Source: Thecamonas trahens ATCC 50062 (Eukaryota > Protista > Apusomonadida). Taken from it: a stretch of 64,000 nucleotides of DNA. Positions 51,705-64,000 of this stretch are shown here, in pieces. The notes beneath the pieces are model-generated. The model did no database searches and was not told the DNA's origin. It saw only the letters and a list, made by a program, of their open reading frames with translations. Position 1 is the stretch's first letter; each line of letters begins with the position of its first letter. Location: contig NW_013657631.1 in the NCBI RefSeq assembly GCF_000142905.1, positions 146,211-210,210 of the forward strand, given 5' to 3'. The position numbers and the translations under genes were made by a program.

Positions 51705-53489
51705 TCATTCTGACGGCGGCTTGGCCATGAGGCCGCCACGGCGGCGTCCGGACCGGCGCTTGCGCTTCGGCTCGGGAGCTTGGACAGACTCGTCGGGCTG
51801 TTCGGGTGCTCGGTCTGGTTCGGCCGGCGGACTGGCAGCGAGAGCGGTGGCAACCGCGACAGCGCGCGGGTTAGGGCGGGCCTGGGCACCGGCGACAACA
51901 GCAGACGAGAGGAGCGAGGCAAGGTCGTCGAGAACGGCGGCGAGGGTGGCGTCGACCATCGAGTTTGCGACGGCAAAGTGCTCGTCCTTGACCTTGCGGG
52001 CCTTAGCCTGGGCGCGCTGCAGCAGGTCTGCTACCTCGGCGACAGTCCGATGGATTTTCTGGACGGTAATGGGTCGGACCGGAAACGGGAGCATGGCCTC
52101 GAGGAGCGGGACAAGCGGCTCGATGCGGAGGCGGAGCGCGCGGGCTTCGGCCGGCCGCTGCAGATACTCGGCCGAGAGCGCACCCTGCTCGAGAGCGACG
52201 GCGGCAGCGTGGCGGATGCCGCGGATGGCTTCGAGCGTTGACTCTTCGTGCGGATAGGCTGGGAGGAGTGGAAGGCCGGCCGAGGGCGAGGTGCGGACAG
52301 GGATGCCCTCGATTTCGTCCATGCCTGCGAGCGCGCCGACGCGTTCGAGCGCGGCCTCGAGACGGGCGATGGTTGCGGCGTCATCGCTGGCCTTGATGGC
52401 AGCGTCTTCGACAGCGGCACGGAGCGCAACATTGTCGTCGTGGTACTTGTCGCGGGCGTCGACGACGCGGTCGTCGATGGTGGCGTCGACGGCGGCCTTA
52501 TGGGCCTCGAGCTTGAGCTCGAGCTCAGCAACCTTGGCCTTGTAGCGGTCGGCGAGCTTGGCCTTGGCGGCGACCATGCGTGCTCGGACCTCGTCCATCT
52601 GCGCTGCATACTGGGCCTCGACCTCGGCGCGGGCACTCTTTTCGGCCTCGAGCGCGTCCTCAAGCTCCTTGACCTTTGCGATCCAAGCTCTGAGCGTCTC
52701 CTTGTACGAGTCTGCGGCGGCGGCCTGCGACGCGCGCAGAGCGGCGACCGTCGACTCGAGCTCGACAACCCGTGCGGCAGCGCCAGCGCCACCCATTCCA
52801 ACCCGGGCACGGGCAGCCGCATCCAGCGCGGCCTCACGCAACGTGTCGGCAGCTGCAGTGTCGCCGAGGTTTCGCGCCAGCTCGGCCGGCGTCCCACTAA
52901 AGCTCTGCTCGTTGACCAGCCGATCGCGAAGCGCGCGGCCCGGGCGAAGCACGCCCTGGCTCCACCGACCGACCACACCGCCACCATCTGGCGACGCCCC
53001 GGCAGCCAACAGCGCCTCCATGACCTCGTGCGCCCGGCGCAGCACCGCCAGATGCACCAACGTGCCTTCGGTCAGCATGCCGAGATCGTATCGCCACGGC
53101 CCACCCTCCAGCGGCGCGTCGAGCACATCTCTCACCGTCGGCGCCCACGTGCGAGCAGCAGTCTCACGACGATGCTGCTCCGGCGGCGGCGGATGGAGCA
53201 AGCCAGCCGCACTGTCATCGTCGACATCATGGCCGGCACCGGGCTGATGGGACCCACCCACCGCCAGCTCATCATCATCCGAATCAAGGCCCAGAAAGGT
53301 ATATCCGGACGATCTCGTCCTCACACCACCTCGACCATGGCCATGATCATGAGCGAGAATGACCTGGCCAGGCGAGCGGACAACAGCAGCAAGGAGCGAG
53401 CGGAGTGTGGCCATGTCGCCTGCGTCCACGGCCGCCACCAGCTGGGCATGGCTCACCCGTCCGCCTGCACCATTGGCGGAGGATGACAT
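51705..53489 (-). CDS. Ankyrin-like repeat + long coiled-coil protein
   Basis: TLVHLAVLRRAHEVMEALLAAGASPD, GTPAELA; heptad-rich segment of ~150 aa. Confidence 0.65.
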   Translation of the reverse strand: MSSSANGAGGRVSHAQLVAAVDAGDMATLRSLLAAVVRSPGQVILAHDHGHGRGGVRTRSSGYTFLGLDSDDDELAVGGSHQPGAGHDVDDDSAAGLLHPPPPEQHRRETAARTWAPTVRDVLDAPLEGGPWRYDLGMLTEGTLVHLAVLRRAHEVMEALLAAGASPDGGGVVGRWSQGVLRPGRALRDRLVNEQSFSGTPAELARNLGDTAAADTLREAALDAAARARVGMGGAGAAARVVELESTVAALRASQAAAADSYKETLRAWIAKVKELEDALEAEKSARAEVEAQYAAQMDEVRARMVAAKAKLADRYKAKVAELELKLEAHKAAVDATIDDRVVDARDKYHDDNVALRAAVEDAAIKASDDAATIARLEAALERVGALAGMDEIEGIPVRTSPSAGLPLLPAYPHEESTLEAIRGIRHAAAVALEQGALSAEYLQRPAEARALRLRIEPLVPLLEAMLPFPVRPITVQKIHRTVAEVADLLQRAQAKARKVKDEHFAVANSMVDATLAAVLDDLASLLSSAVVAGAQARPNPRAVAVATALAASPPAEPDRAPEQPDESVQAPEPKRKRRSGRRRGGLMAKPPSE

Positions 53490-54002
53490 ACACGTATGGT
53501 GGTGAGGTGACGAGTGTGGGTGTGGGTGTGGGTGTGGGTGTGGGTGTGGGTGTGTGATGGCGGTATGTGTTGAGTGTGCCCCCCCCCCCCCCCCCCCCCT
53601 CCCCGTGCCCTGCCTGTTGTCGTCTCTGGCTCTGCCTGTCGTCGGTCGCGTGGGGGCAGGGGGATTACCCGATCGAGAGGGGCATAACCATCACTCCTCA
53701 CACCGCCATCCATGTCGCCATCCTGAAACCGCTCTTCCTTCATCTACCTCTTTTCAATCTCCTTGTCAACCATTGAGCATCGTAACGCGTCACACAAGGC
53801 CAAATCGCCGCCTCTCCGCCGCATGTAGGGACCAGAGCGCGACATTGGACGCATCGGGCGGTGCCGGTCCGTCGACGCGCGCACCCTCTCTGATCTCGCC
53901 CCCCTCCCCCCCCCCCCCATCTCCATCCATCAACCCTCACCCACGCCCATCACCCACGCACCCACGTCCATCTCCCTGCTCTCCCTTCGTCCTACGTCCT
54001 CC

Positions 54003-55027
54003 ATGCTACTGTCTGATGTGGCTGAACCGGGTGGTGATCCCACACATGCTCATGCTCATGCTCATGGCCATGGCCATGGCAAGGCTGATGGCGCAGGTGA
54101 GGAGGCAGAGGTGGCTGTCAAGGAGAAGAAGTCCGTCTCTATGGGCCATCTGGTGGCGGGCGGCCTCTCGGGCGCTCTGTCGCGGACGCTCACTGCTCCG
54201 CTGGATCGGCTTAAGATCCTGTACGAGGTCCAGGCTGATCACTCTATGAAGCGATCCATGTGGCGTGACCTGAAGGCCATCGGTGAGCGGGAGGGCATGC
54301 GCGGCTACTTTCGCGGCAACGGGGCCAACGTGCTCAAGATCGTGCCCAAGATGGCCCTCAAGTTCTACGGCTTTGAGTTTTTCAAGAACGCCTTTATGGC
54401 CGACGATGCCTCGCAGGTGACCTTTACCCAGCGACTGCTGGCCGGCATGTCCTCGGCCGCAGTCTCGCAGTTTACCATCCAGCCGCTCGACTGCGTCAAG
54501 GTCCGCATCGCTGCCTCGGACGCCGCCCGCTACAAGGGCATCATCGACTGCGTGACCAAGATGTGGCGGTACGAGGGCCTTCGCGCGTTTTACAATGGGG
54601 TCGTGCCTTCTGTTACGGGCATCATTCCCTCGATGGGCGTCGACCTTGCCATCTACGACTCGCTCAAGTCAGTCTACCGCAATCACCTCGCGCCACGCCT
54701 CGCCGAGCCCGACGAGGAGATCTCGGATGCCATCCCTGCGCCGGCGCTCCTTGTCATCGGTATGATCTCCACGTCGGCGGCCTACGCCGTCGGCCAGCCG
54801 TTTGGCCTCATCCGCGCCCGCCTCATGGTCCAGGGCGTGAACACCGGGTACGAGTCGCGCTACTCGGGCGCCATCGACGTCATCCGCCAGACCGTCAAGA
54901 GGACGGCATCCGCGGCATGTACCGCGGCCTCACCCCGCAGCTTGCCCGCGTCACTCCCATGGGCGCCGCCGGCTACCTCTTCTACGAGTGGTTTCTTAAT
55001 CTGTACAACAAGCACATCGGTGATTGA
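54003..55027 (+). CDS. Mitochondrial carrier (SLC25; SCaMC/ATP-Mg-Pi-like core, no EF-hands seen); frame break ~54899
   Basis: PLDRLK, PLDCVKVR, PFGLIRAR; RGNGANVLKIVP; GVDLAIYDSLK; -1 frame EDGIRGMYRGL. Confidence 0.9.
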
Positions 55028-55047
55028 ACACTCGCCCAGCTTGCGCC

Positions 55048-56669
55048 TCACGCCGCTCCGCCAGCTTGCGGCGGAATCCACAGCGCGAGTACACTCCCCA
55101 CGCACGCTGCCGCTCCGCCGACCACCATCGGGATCTCCGCCGACGACCCGTGCCCGCTCGCTTGGAGCAGCGGCGTCATGACCAGCGCCACAGGGAGCTC
55201 AGAGACGGCGTGAACGGCAGCGATGAGCCCAGCATACACACCGGGTGCCGCCGCGCCCTCGGGCTCACCCAGCACCACTGCGTATGGCACTGCGAGCATG
55301 ACGCCCAGCCCAACCGGCGCAAGCGCGAGAACCAGCGCAGACGCCACCAGCGACGAGCTTCGGATGACCACCGCAGGTACAAGCATCGAGCTGCCAAGGA
55401 CCAGCGCACCGGCTGCGTACACAAACCGCGGCGCAATGCCGAGCCGGCCAAGCGCGAGCGGGACCACGACGCCACCCACCACCGCCTGCAGCGCCGCGCC
55501 CAGCGCATACGAGATGAGCGCGTACCGGATGCCGCGGTGGTACGCATCATGCTGCGGAGAGCCAGCCGGCGCGTCGTCCGAGCCACCGGCCACCACCACC
55601 GCCATAAACACCGTGGCGTAGACCCAGTACGACATGAGCGCAAACCAGACAAAGACCTCGGCTCGGAACAGCGCGCGAGTCCGCGGCGACATGGCCCGCA
55701 ACGCCGCGGCAAAGTGGGCCCACTTGGCGGCTAGCGTGCGGTTCCCCAGCTCGGCATTGTCGACGCCGTCAGAATTGATGGCGCCGCTGACCACAACCTC
55801 GACGTCGCCGTTCACCGGCGCCACGAGCAGCGGCGTGTCCGACCCGTCACCCTCGCGGTCATCCCCGCCATCGCGGCGGCTGCTGCCGTCGGCGAGGAGA
55901 GCCGGGCCAACCGTGCTCTGCTTCGCCTTGACCACGCTTCCGTAGCCGCGGGCGTAGAACCGGCCCTCGCGGGCGGCGACAAGAGTGACAATGGTGGTGA
56001 CAATGAGGACAAAGCGGCGGCGAGGACATATCCGCGAAAGCCGACACCGAGCGGATGCCAGATCTCCCCCCACGGAAGCAAGCCTGCGCCTGCCGAGGCC
56101 AGAGCGCCGATGCCACACATTGCCGAGCACCAGCCATTGGCCCTCTGCAGCCTGCTGTCCGGCACCAGATCAGCGAGCAGTGCGCGGATGGGATCCATCA
56201 TGCCATTGACAGCAAAGTTAAGGATCCAAAAGGCGATGGATGTGAGGGCGGCGACGGTGGCAACATTGCGGTGGCCAGCCTGCTTGCCCAACTCTGAGCC
56301 ACGGGCATCTGAGCCAGCGACCAGCAGCGGGAGATTGGGGATGGCGAGGAGAGCGATGACCGAAGCGAGCAGTCCAGCCAATAGCCAGGGTGATCTCCGA
56401 CCGAGCGATGGCCATGGAGCCATGGTATCTGCTGCCCAACCAACGAGTGGTTGCATGATGAGCCCAGCGAGAGGACCACATAGCCAGACGTAGGCACAGT
56501 AGGCCAGGGGAAGACCCGCCGCCCGGAGTATGGGCGTACCCACCGAGGACATGACACCCCAGGTGAACTGGATGCCCATGCACACACTCGTCGTTGCCAG
56601 CATACGCCCCCCTCCCAGCCTGCCTCGGTCCACACCACCGCCACCACCACCTGATCCGTTGAACGACAT
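55048..56669 (-). CDS. SLC45/SUT-like sucrose-proton symporter family MFS transporter; frame break ~56012
   Basis: GIQFTWG, VWLCGPLAGLIMQPLVG, GRRSPW, FAVNGMMDPIRALLADL, VPYA, GVYAG; upstream in-frame ATGs also possible. Confidence 0.87.
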
Positions 56670-57043
56670 GCCCCTCCGCCTGCGCTTGCCCGCTGGCGTG
56701 AGAAAGGTGACTGAAGCGTATCCCCTGCCGCCCTGCGGCTGTCGCCGGCTATTTGCCCGATCGGAACCTGGCTGACGTTTTTGATTCATGACCGCGCGTT
56801 CGGTGCGCGTCGGGGTACTATGGATGTAGCAGCGCATGCGGGTTTGCTGAAGGGGGGGAGGGGGGGGGGGGGGGGAACAGAGCAGATGATCGAATCGGAG
56901 GTGGTGGTTTGGGAAAGGAGGTCGGAGCTGGAGACTCTGGGAGTGCTCACGTGAGCGAGACGCGGCGCGGGTGTCCAAGGTCTGACGTTGCTGACGTTGC
57001 TGGCCAGGCTGGACGTCAGCATGCAAACCACACGGTGTTATCC

Positions 57044-60000
57044 TCAGGAAGAACTGGACGTAGTGCTCGATGATGATGAGGTACTGCTGCTTTCCGACGC
57101 GACAACTGTGCTGTTGCCGATGATAGGGGCAGTGGCGACCGGCGGTGGCGGAGGAATAGCAGTGCCGAGGTCGGAGGCCGAGGCGGTACTTACGAGGTCT
57201 TGGGCGACGACCGAGTCGAGTACGTGGGCGACAAAGCATGCCTTTTCCTCAAAGGCAGGCGACATCGGCTGCAGCTCGAGGTCTGTGTCTTGGCCAAACA
57301 CCGAGGCGTAGGCATCGGCGTTCTCTTGGGCGGCATTGGAAAAGACACCATCGACATAGTACTCGTCGGCCTCGACCACCTTCTCGGCCCGACTCATGAG
57401 CCACACATCGGCAGCGTTGCCTCCCAGAATGGCGAGGACGTTGATGGCGACAGCAGCCGATGCCATCCCTCGCCGCAGCGCGTAGTCGTCAAAGGTACCA
57501 GCATAGAGGATCGAAAGCGTGGTCAACAGGACTACGATGGCAAGTGCGTTATGCAGTTGTGATCGGTACGGCTGCTGGATACTGAGCTGCAGCAGTGAGC
57601 CAAGAAGCACAAACACAGCCGCGTTGGCCTTGCCCTCTTCGGTGAAAAACAGCGTCATACAGAGGACCACACCGGCCTTGCGCGCCATGATCGCCGTCTC
57701 GAACCACCACGCGTTGTCGGAAAACCGCCCCACAAGGAACCCGAACCGCAGCGTGAACGAGATCGGATCCAGCGCCGCTCGCTTGCGCCGAAGCAGTACA
57801 ATCACAGCCGCCGGCACGCCAATAGCATACACACCAGCCGCAACAAGGCCCGGGCCAAGCAGCCCACTTGCCCATGCACTGTTGTAGCAGCTTCGCGCAG
57901 GATCCGCCGCCATCTGCCACCGCCCGCTCTCGTCGCGCCGGCAGCCAAACGGCGCTAGCGCGGCACTTGTCAGTGGTAGATAGAGCAGGACCACAATCTG
58001 GAACAGGGTCCGCCCGAACGCCGAGCCAAGCATGGCCATGTTCTTGGTCTCAAACCACCGGACACCCACTGCAATGAGCACAGCGTATACGCATGCAACA
58101 AGCCCCACGACAGCTGCAGCAAAGACCGGGAGCAAAAGCGTCAGAATCCACTTGACAGCCCACACGTCGGCGCCGCGCACGATCGAGCACTCTGGGCTCG
58201 TCAGCTCCATGTCAAGATTGACGGCGCTCGCTACGTCAAAGTACACCCGTACAATCGGGCCCCAGTCGAGGTCGAGCTTGCCGTAGATGGCGCTCATCTG
58301 GAGCGCGTTGAGCCCGATCATCGCCGCCGCAAACTTGTGCCGCAGCCCCTCGGTGAGGTTGAACGCGAGCAGTGCACCGCACACCAGTGTCACACCAAGG
58401 ACGAGCAGCGTCGTCACAACGGCATTCTTGGCCGTCTCACACTCGAGACACCGCGATCCAAACTTGTAGTAACCGTCGTCACACTGGGCACACAGCCGCG
58501 ACCGGTAGCCGGGGTGGCATGAGCCGCCACCGGCACACGCGCTCGCTGTCGGGCACGCCACAAACAGCGTCGATCCGAACGTGTCTGGGAAGAAGCCGGG
58601 CGCAGCCTTGGGCTGCGCCGCGCCGCCTGGGCAAAGCCCGCCGCGTGGGCACGGTGCACATGCCACGTTGGCCGCGCCGCCAGGCGTCCAGAAGCCCTTT
58701 TCACACACGCAATCGCCAGACGGCGTGTCTGTCGCATTGCTGGCAGCCGAGCCGTCGGCGGCGAGCCGGATCGTGTTGGAAGGACAAGTCGGGACCGGCG
58801 CGCACTCGGCGAGCGAGGTCTCGTCGGAGAACGTGCCCGCCGCACACACTGCACACACGATGACGTCAATGCCACCGGAAGAGCCGGGCACACCACCAGT
58901 GCCAGGCGCACAGCCAGTCACACGTACAATCCCAGCATGGGCTTGCACATCCAGCGCGTCGGCCGCGCGCGCCTCCGGCGCCACGTTGTACATGACATTG
59001 ACACCATTGCCCGACGCGCCGGCAACCAGCTCGAGCTTGATAGCCGGCACAGACACGGCTGTGGCCGACGACAGCGACGCACTCGGCTGGCCCGAGACAG
59101 CCACGCTTTGAGTGGGATCAGTGATGTCAATGCGGACCTTAAGATTGGGCTCAAACACTCCTTGGCCCAGCCAGTCGAGTCCACGGACTTGCCCACCGAG
59201 TGACCCACCCGACGCGACGCGCTCGGCCAGGGGCGTGACAGCCGAGACTGAGGCCAGCGGAGCGGCGATTACCAGACCGGCCACCACGTTGGGGGTGGCG
59301 ACAGAGAGCCACGGCACGCGGGCCACATCGCTGGCCCAGCCGGCAGGATCAAAGCCGGCGGCGGCGCACATGAACACATCCTGCGCTGCACGATCATCCT
59401 GCTCGCGGACATAATTGGTGGACCACCCCAGGCCCGTGTCGCCAGCCACAGCCACTCTCACCCCGCACACCAGTAGCCCGCCACCAAAGCGCGACGCGAT
59501 GTTGCCACGAACGAGCCCGTCGATGATGGAGACCGTGGGACTCGTGGACGACCCTACTTGCGCCGCATCGTCGCCGACAGCCTGTGGTAGCGAGGTAGAT
59601 GCGAGGCCGAGGCCGAACCGGCTGACAAGGTTGCTGGCCAGCACTGCAATGGCGCCACCACCCACGCCAGCGCTGTTACCGCACAGCAGTGGTTTGGCGA
59701 GGGATACAACGCCTCCGGCCTCGACCATGAGGCCACCGCCGAGTCCGATGCCCGCGGCGACGTTGTCTGAGATGGTGGCATGGATCGCTGCAAGCTCAGA
59801 CGAGCTGTCGATGTACAGACCACCGCCGTTGCCAGACCCCGCGTCAACGGCAGTGTTACCTGTCACGACACTCGAGTTGTCGAGGACAGCGCGAGCGCCC
59901 GAAAGGACGACGACGCCACCGCCGCGTGGCGCAACGTTGCCCGAGACGACGCAGTGCGAGAGTGTGACGACCGTGCCTACCCCACGGGCAGCAATGGCAC

Positions 60001-63000
60001 CACCGGCAGAAACGGCAGAAGAGGCGGAGAAGGTAGTGTCAACGGCAAAGAGCTGAGCACCACCGAGGACGGCGACGGCGCCGCCAAACCCAACGTCGAC
60101 CATTGCGACGGAGAGCGGAGGATGCACGGCGGCGGCAGCCACGATGGAGCAGTTGACAAGCGTGAGGACGGCACCGCGGCCCTCGACGCGGAGGCCGGTG
60201 GCACCGTGCAGCGAATTGGCAGCAATGCCTGTGCCCTTGATGTGGATGCCTTCAAGCGTCAGCTCGCCGACACTATCAACTAGGGGCGATGGATGAGGTC
60301 GGACGCGGAAGAGGACACCGCCGTCACAGTCAAAGGTGACCGTGCCCGGAATGCGGGCACGGATATGGATAGGGCGAGTGATGGGGATGTGCGTGTCGCG
60401 CATGCACGAGTACACGCCTGGATCAAGCTCGAGAACATCGAGAGAGCAATGTGATAGCTGGACAAAAGCCGAGATGAGGCAGGATGGAGAGTGGGGCGAG
60501 TCGCGACACTGGGGTGATGAGACGACATGGAGTGGGAGGATCTTGGGTTGATCGCGGGAAAAAAGGCGGTGCGAGAAACGATAGAAGTATCCTGGGCTGT
60601 TCGAGAAAACGTCGTGGCTGAAGACGACCTCGACAGCGCCATTTCCGTCGATGTCGCCGAGTTGAAGAGTGGCATCTGACACGCCCGATGGGCTAAGGAT
60701 GGGCATGCGACGAACAAAGACACCCGCCTTGTTTTCGACAAAGAAGATCCCGTCCGAAGTGGCAACCAGAATGACCAAGTCTGGGTCTCCATCGCCATCC
60801 ATATCTCCAACCGCCATAGACTTTGCCTGCTCATCAAAGAGGGGCGAGGAGCACCCAGAGCACCACTCCCATCAATGTTGGGAAAGAGAAGCACGCTAGG
60901 TGCAGCGGAACTGCGAAGGACAATGATGTCAACATGTCCATCAAGGTCCATGTCAGCAAGCTTGATTTCCTTGCCGACATGATCCATGGCCACGGTCTGC
61001 TTGGCAAAAGTAGCGTTGACATTGAGGAAGAGGGTAAAGTACGCGCCTGTGCTTGCACTGATGACAAAGTCGAGCACGCCGTCATCATCAACGTCACCGA
61101 CCGCTACGCGAGCCAAGCGGAACGAAGCCGAGACCTCGATGCCAGCGGTGAAGGAGCCGTCGCCGTTGTTGAACCAGATCCGAGCCGAGTCCTGTACTGA
61201 GCTAACAGCGAGCAAGTCCGGCAGACCGTTGCTATTGGCGTCGATCGCCGTGAGGTCAGCAGAGGCGAAGCCGTCCACAACGGTGATGGTAGACCATGAG
61301 CCACCAACACCATCGTCGTTGCGAAGCAGAACAAGTGCCGGAGCGAGCAAGTCAGCAGCGACGGCGTCGAGGTCGCCGTCGTTGTCAAAGTCGCGCACAA
61401 CCAGCGAGAGGCAGTCCAAGTTGACAGCCATGCTGTGGATGAGCCAGAGTCCGCTTGCGTCGTTAACGTTCTCAAACCAGACAATGGTGTCAAAAGAACT
61501 GTAGGTACCAATGTAGTCGAGGTCGCCATCGGCATCAACATCAGCGAGCGCAAAATCGCTTGGCTTGCCGAGGCTTGTAGTTCCAGAGTCGATAAAGGTG
61601 GTGTCGGTGGCGCGGGTTGCGGGCATGGCGCGTAAGGCTGGTCCGGAGTTTTCAAACCACACCAGACCGACGCGATCTTGTAGGGCCACAATGTCGCGCG
61701 CGCCGTTGCCGTCAATATCGGCGACTGCTATGGCGGCCCAGGCAGAGTTAGACCAGACGGCTTGAATCATTTCATCGACGCGGGCAGCGCCAAACACGAT
61801 GTGGGCTCTGCTGGAGGCCGAAAAGACAAGATCGAGGAAGCCGTCGCCGTCAGCGTCTGTGGCGACAAAATCGTTGACAGATGTGGATGTCCATCTGGCA
61901 ACAGCCTGGGGCAAATGGAATGAGAGGCCGCCATCCCCGGTGGAGAGGAGGATGACGAGTAACTTGCTGCCAGTGTCGACAGCAAGGTCGATGTGCCCAT
62001 CGAGATCAAAGTCGGCCGCAGCGACGTGGACACCAACACCAGCAGCGATGGGGATAACGACCGGCGAGCTCAAGGTGCCGTTGTTGGCTGCAACTGAGTA
62101 CCACTCAATTTGAGTGCCGAAAACATACCACGAGAGGAGGTCAGTCCGGCCGTCGCCGTCCATGTCGGCGGCAGTCATTCGGACGGCCGAGTCCTGCAGG
62201 GTCGAGTGTGGAAAGGCGAGCGCAGGTCCATAGCCAGTGTCGTTCCACCGGGCCCACAACCACGGGGCGTGGACGTCAGGTACAACGACGATGTCGGGCA
62301 TGCCATCACCGTCCATGTCAAGACGGGCCCAGGCCTGGAGGTCGTTGGCGACGGAAATGGTGACAGCAGGCAGGAGCGGGCCAAAGTGACCAGAACCGTT
62401 GTTGAGCATGGCGCCAATGATGCCGTCCATGTAGACAATGAGATCATCGGCGCCATCTGCGTTGACATCTGCGACGTCGACGGAGCGCGGCTTTTCGGCC
62501 GTGGCGACAATCATGCTGCGCGAGATGTACTCGCCACGTCCATCGTTCTCTAGCCACCACAGCGGAGAGGGGACGGTGCCAGAGTCAACAGCCATGACCA
62601 CGAGGTCGACATCGCCATCAAGATCAAAGTCCCCGATGGCCATCGAGCGGGAGTTAGTAGTGTCGACGATCTGCTGCGTAATTGGAATCCAGTTGGCCGG
62701 GGTGCCGTCCCAGCGCCAAAAGGCCAGGGGCGGCGGTGCACTATCGACCTTTGAAGCTATTTCGAGTACGTTGTCACCGTCGATGTCACCAAAGCAATAC
62801 GCGTTCTCGACATCGACATTGGCCGTGACTGATGGGGCAAAGACACCGGGTGCAGATGCGATGACGAGAGAGACGTAGCTACCATCGGCGACGGCGACGT
62901 CTTTGGCGCCGTTGTTGTCGAGATCGGCAACGAGCGGCTTTTGCGCCTTGGTCGAGGTGGCAGCAAACACTTGCTCCCCGCTAAAGGAGCCGGTGCCAGA

Positions 63001-63833
63001 GTTGATCCACCAAGACAGGACCTGGCGTGAGGGAAAGTTACGACAACGTCCATATCACCATCGTTGTCGAGATCGGCGAGTACGGGAATGGAACTGCCAA
63101 AGCCCATGGATGCAATGATTCGCAGAGAACCCTCGAACGAGCGGCCGTCAATGTTGCGATACCAGTGGACGTCATTCCTGGTGTTATAGCCAAGAATGAT
63201 GTCTCCGAGGCTGTCGCCGTCGAGGTCGCCAATCGCTCCCGCCTGAATCTGCTGAAGGGAGCTGATGAGGGTCTCCCCGGTCGTCTCGAACGAGCCGTTG
63301 TTGTTAAAGGCAAGGCGGACGGAGACACGCTCGCACAAGAGGACGTCAACCCAACCGTCACCATCTGCGTTGCCGACGGCGATGGTGCTGAATGTACTCT
63401 CGAGCATGATAGCGACCGGCGAGTCGAAAGAGCCACCGCCTGTGTTACGGACCCAGGCGGCGTAGCTGGGCAATGCGCGGAAGACAAAGTCAATGACGCC
63501 ATCGCGATCGACGTCGACGTCAAAGACTTCGCGATACCCGGTGACGAGTCCAAACGGGACGATGGAAACTGGACTGAGCAGGTCAATTGCGCCACCACGG
63601 TTTTCCAGCCACACCAGCTCGCCGCCTGCGGAAGCAACAACATCGTTATCACCGTCACCATCCACATCAACCATCATCCAGGGCGAATACTCCTCGCCTT
63701 GGACAATGGTATGGCGGATGGCGCCTGCGCTTGGAATGCATTGCGAAGGAAGGGCAGCCGTGATCGTAGTGAGCACGATGACATAGAGTAGGGCGAGCAG
63801 TGCCAACTGGCGACCCCAGCTGGAAGAGGTCAT
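57044..63833 (-). CDS. ~2260-aa surface protein: signal peptide, many FG-GAP/VCBS (DxDxDGxxD) repeats, Pmp-like GGA(I/V)/parallel beta-helix repeats, Cys-rich repeats, multi-TM C-terminus; frame breaks ~63032 and ~60842
   Basis: More than 20 D-x-D-x-D-G-x-x-D motifs; GGAVAV, GGAIAA, GGGLYI; CAVCAAGTFS, CVCEKGFW, CHPGYRSRLCAQCDDGYY; FGFLVGRFSDNAWWFE and multiple hydrophobic segments. Confidence 0.85.
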
Positions 63834-64000
63834 GGGAGCGATGGCGAGCGGAGGAAGAGGGGCTAGGGCTGAAGTGAGAGAAGGAGGGTAGAGGGTGCGA
63901 GAGGTACAGCAGAGCGAATGAGGTGGAGTGACTAAGGGAAGTGCACAGGTACGACAACAAAGTGGTGGGTGTGTCACTGTGGTGGGTTGGGGGGGGGGGG

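Overview
GC-rich, gene-dense eukaryotic (protist) nuclear DNA with about 28 protein-coding genes, few spliceosomal introns, microsatellite-rich intergenic and intronic DNA, and one 100-N scaffold gap. The style resembles an apusomonad such as Thecamonas, but that is inference only. Recognisable genes: condensin CAP-G, two MFS transporters, an LRR protein, a GRDP-like protein, Aha1, a degenerate DHHC protein, mitochondrial phage-type RNA polymerase, calpain-15/SOL, PAN2, UMP1/POMP, a C2H2 factor, SLC38, F-box/ankyrin, enoyl-CoA hydratase, HSDL2, GRWD1/Rrb1, ATP synthase gamma, sororin-like, BLOC1S4-like, a Chk2-like kinase, an SLC25 carrier, an SLC45-like transporter and a ~2260-aa FG-GAP/beta-helix multi-TM surface protein. 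Highlights: (1) a secreted three-module M15-peptidase/peptidoglycan-binding protein (endolysin-like; one intact and two dead catalytic modules); (2) an FHA-kinase fused to a linker-histone H15 domain; (3) about 21 reading-frame breaks that all need one extra base, most likely homopolymer under-calls but testable as editing or frameshifting; (4) nine inferred introns, most with a (G/C)ACTCAY branch-like motif, two of them placed directly after the ATG; (5) a pseudo-DHHC (DHHC to RLHS). No rRNA, tRNA, CRISPR or transposon was recognised.
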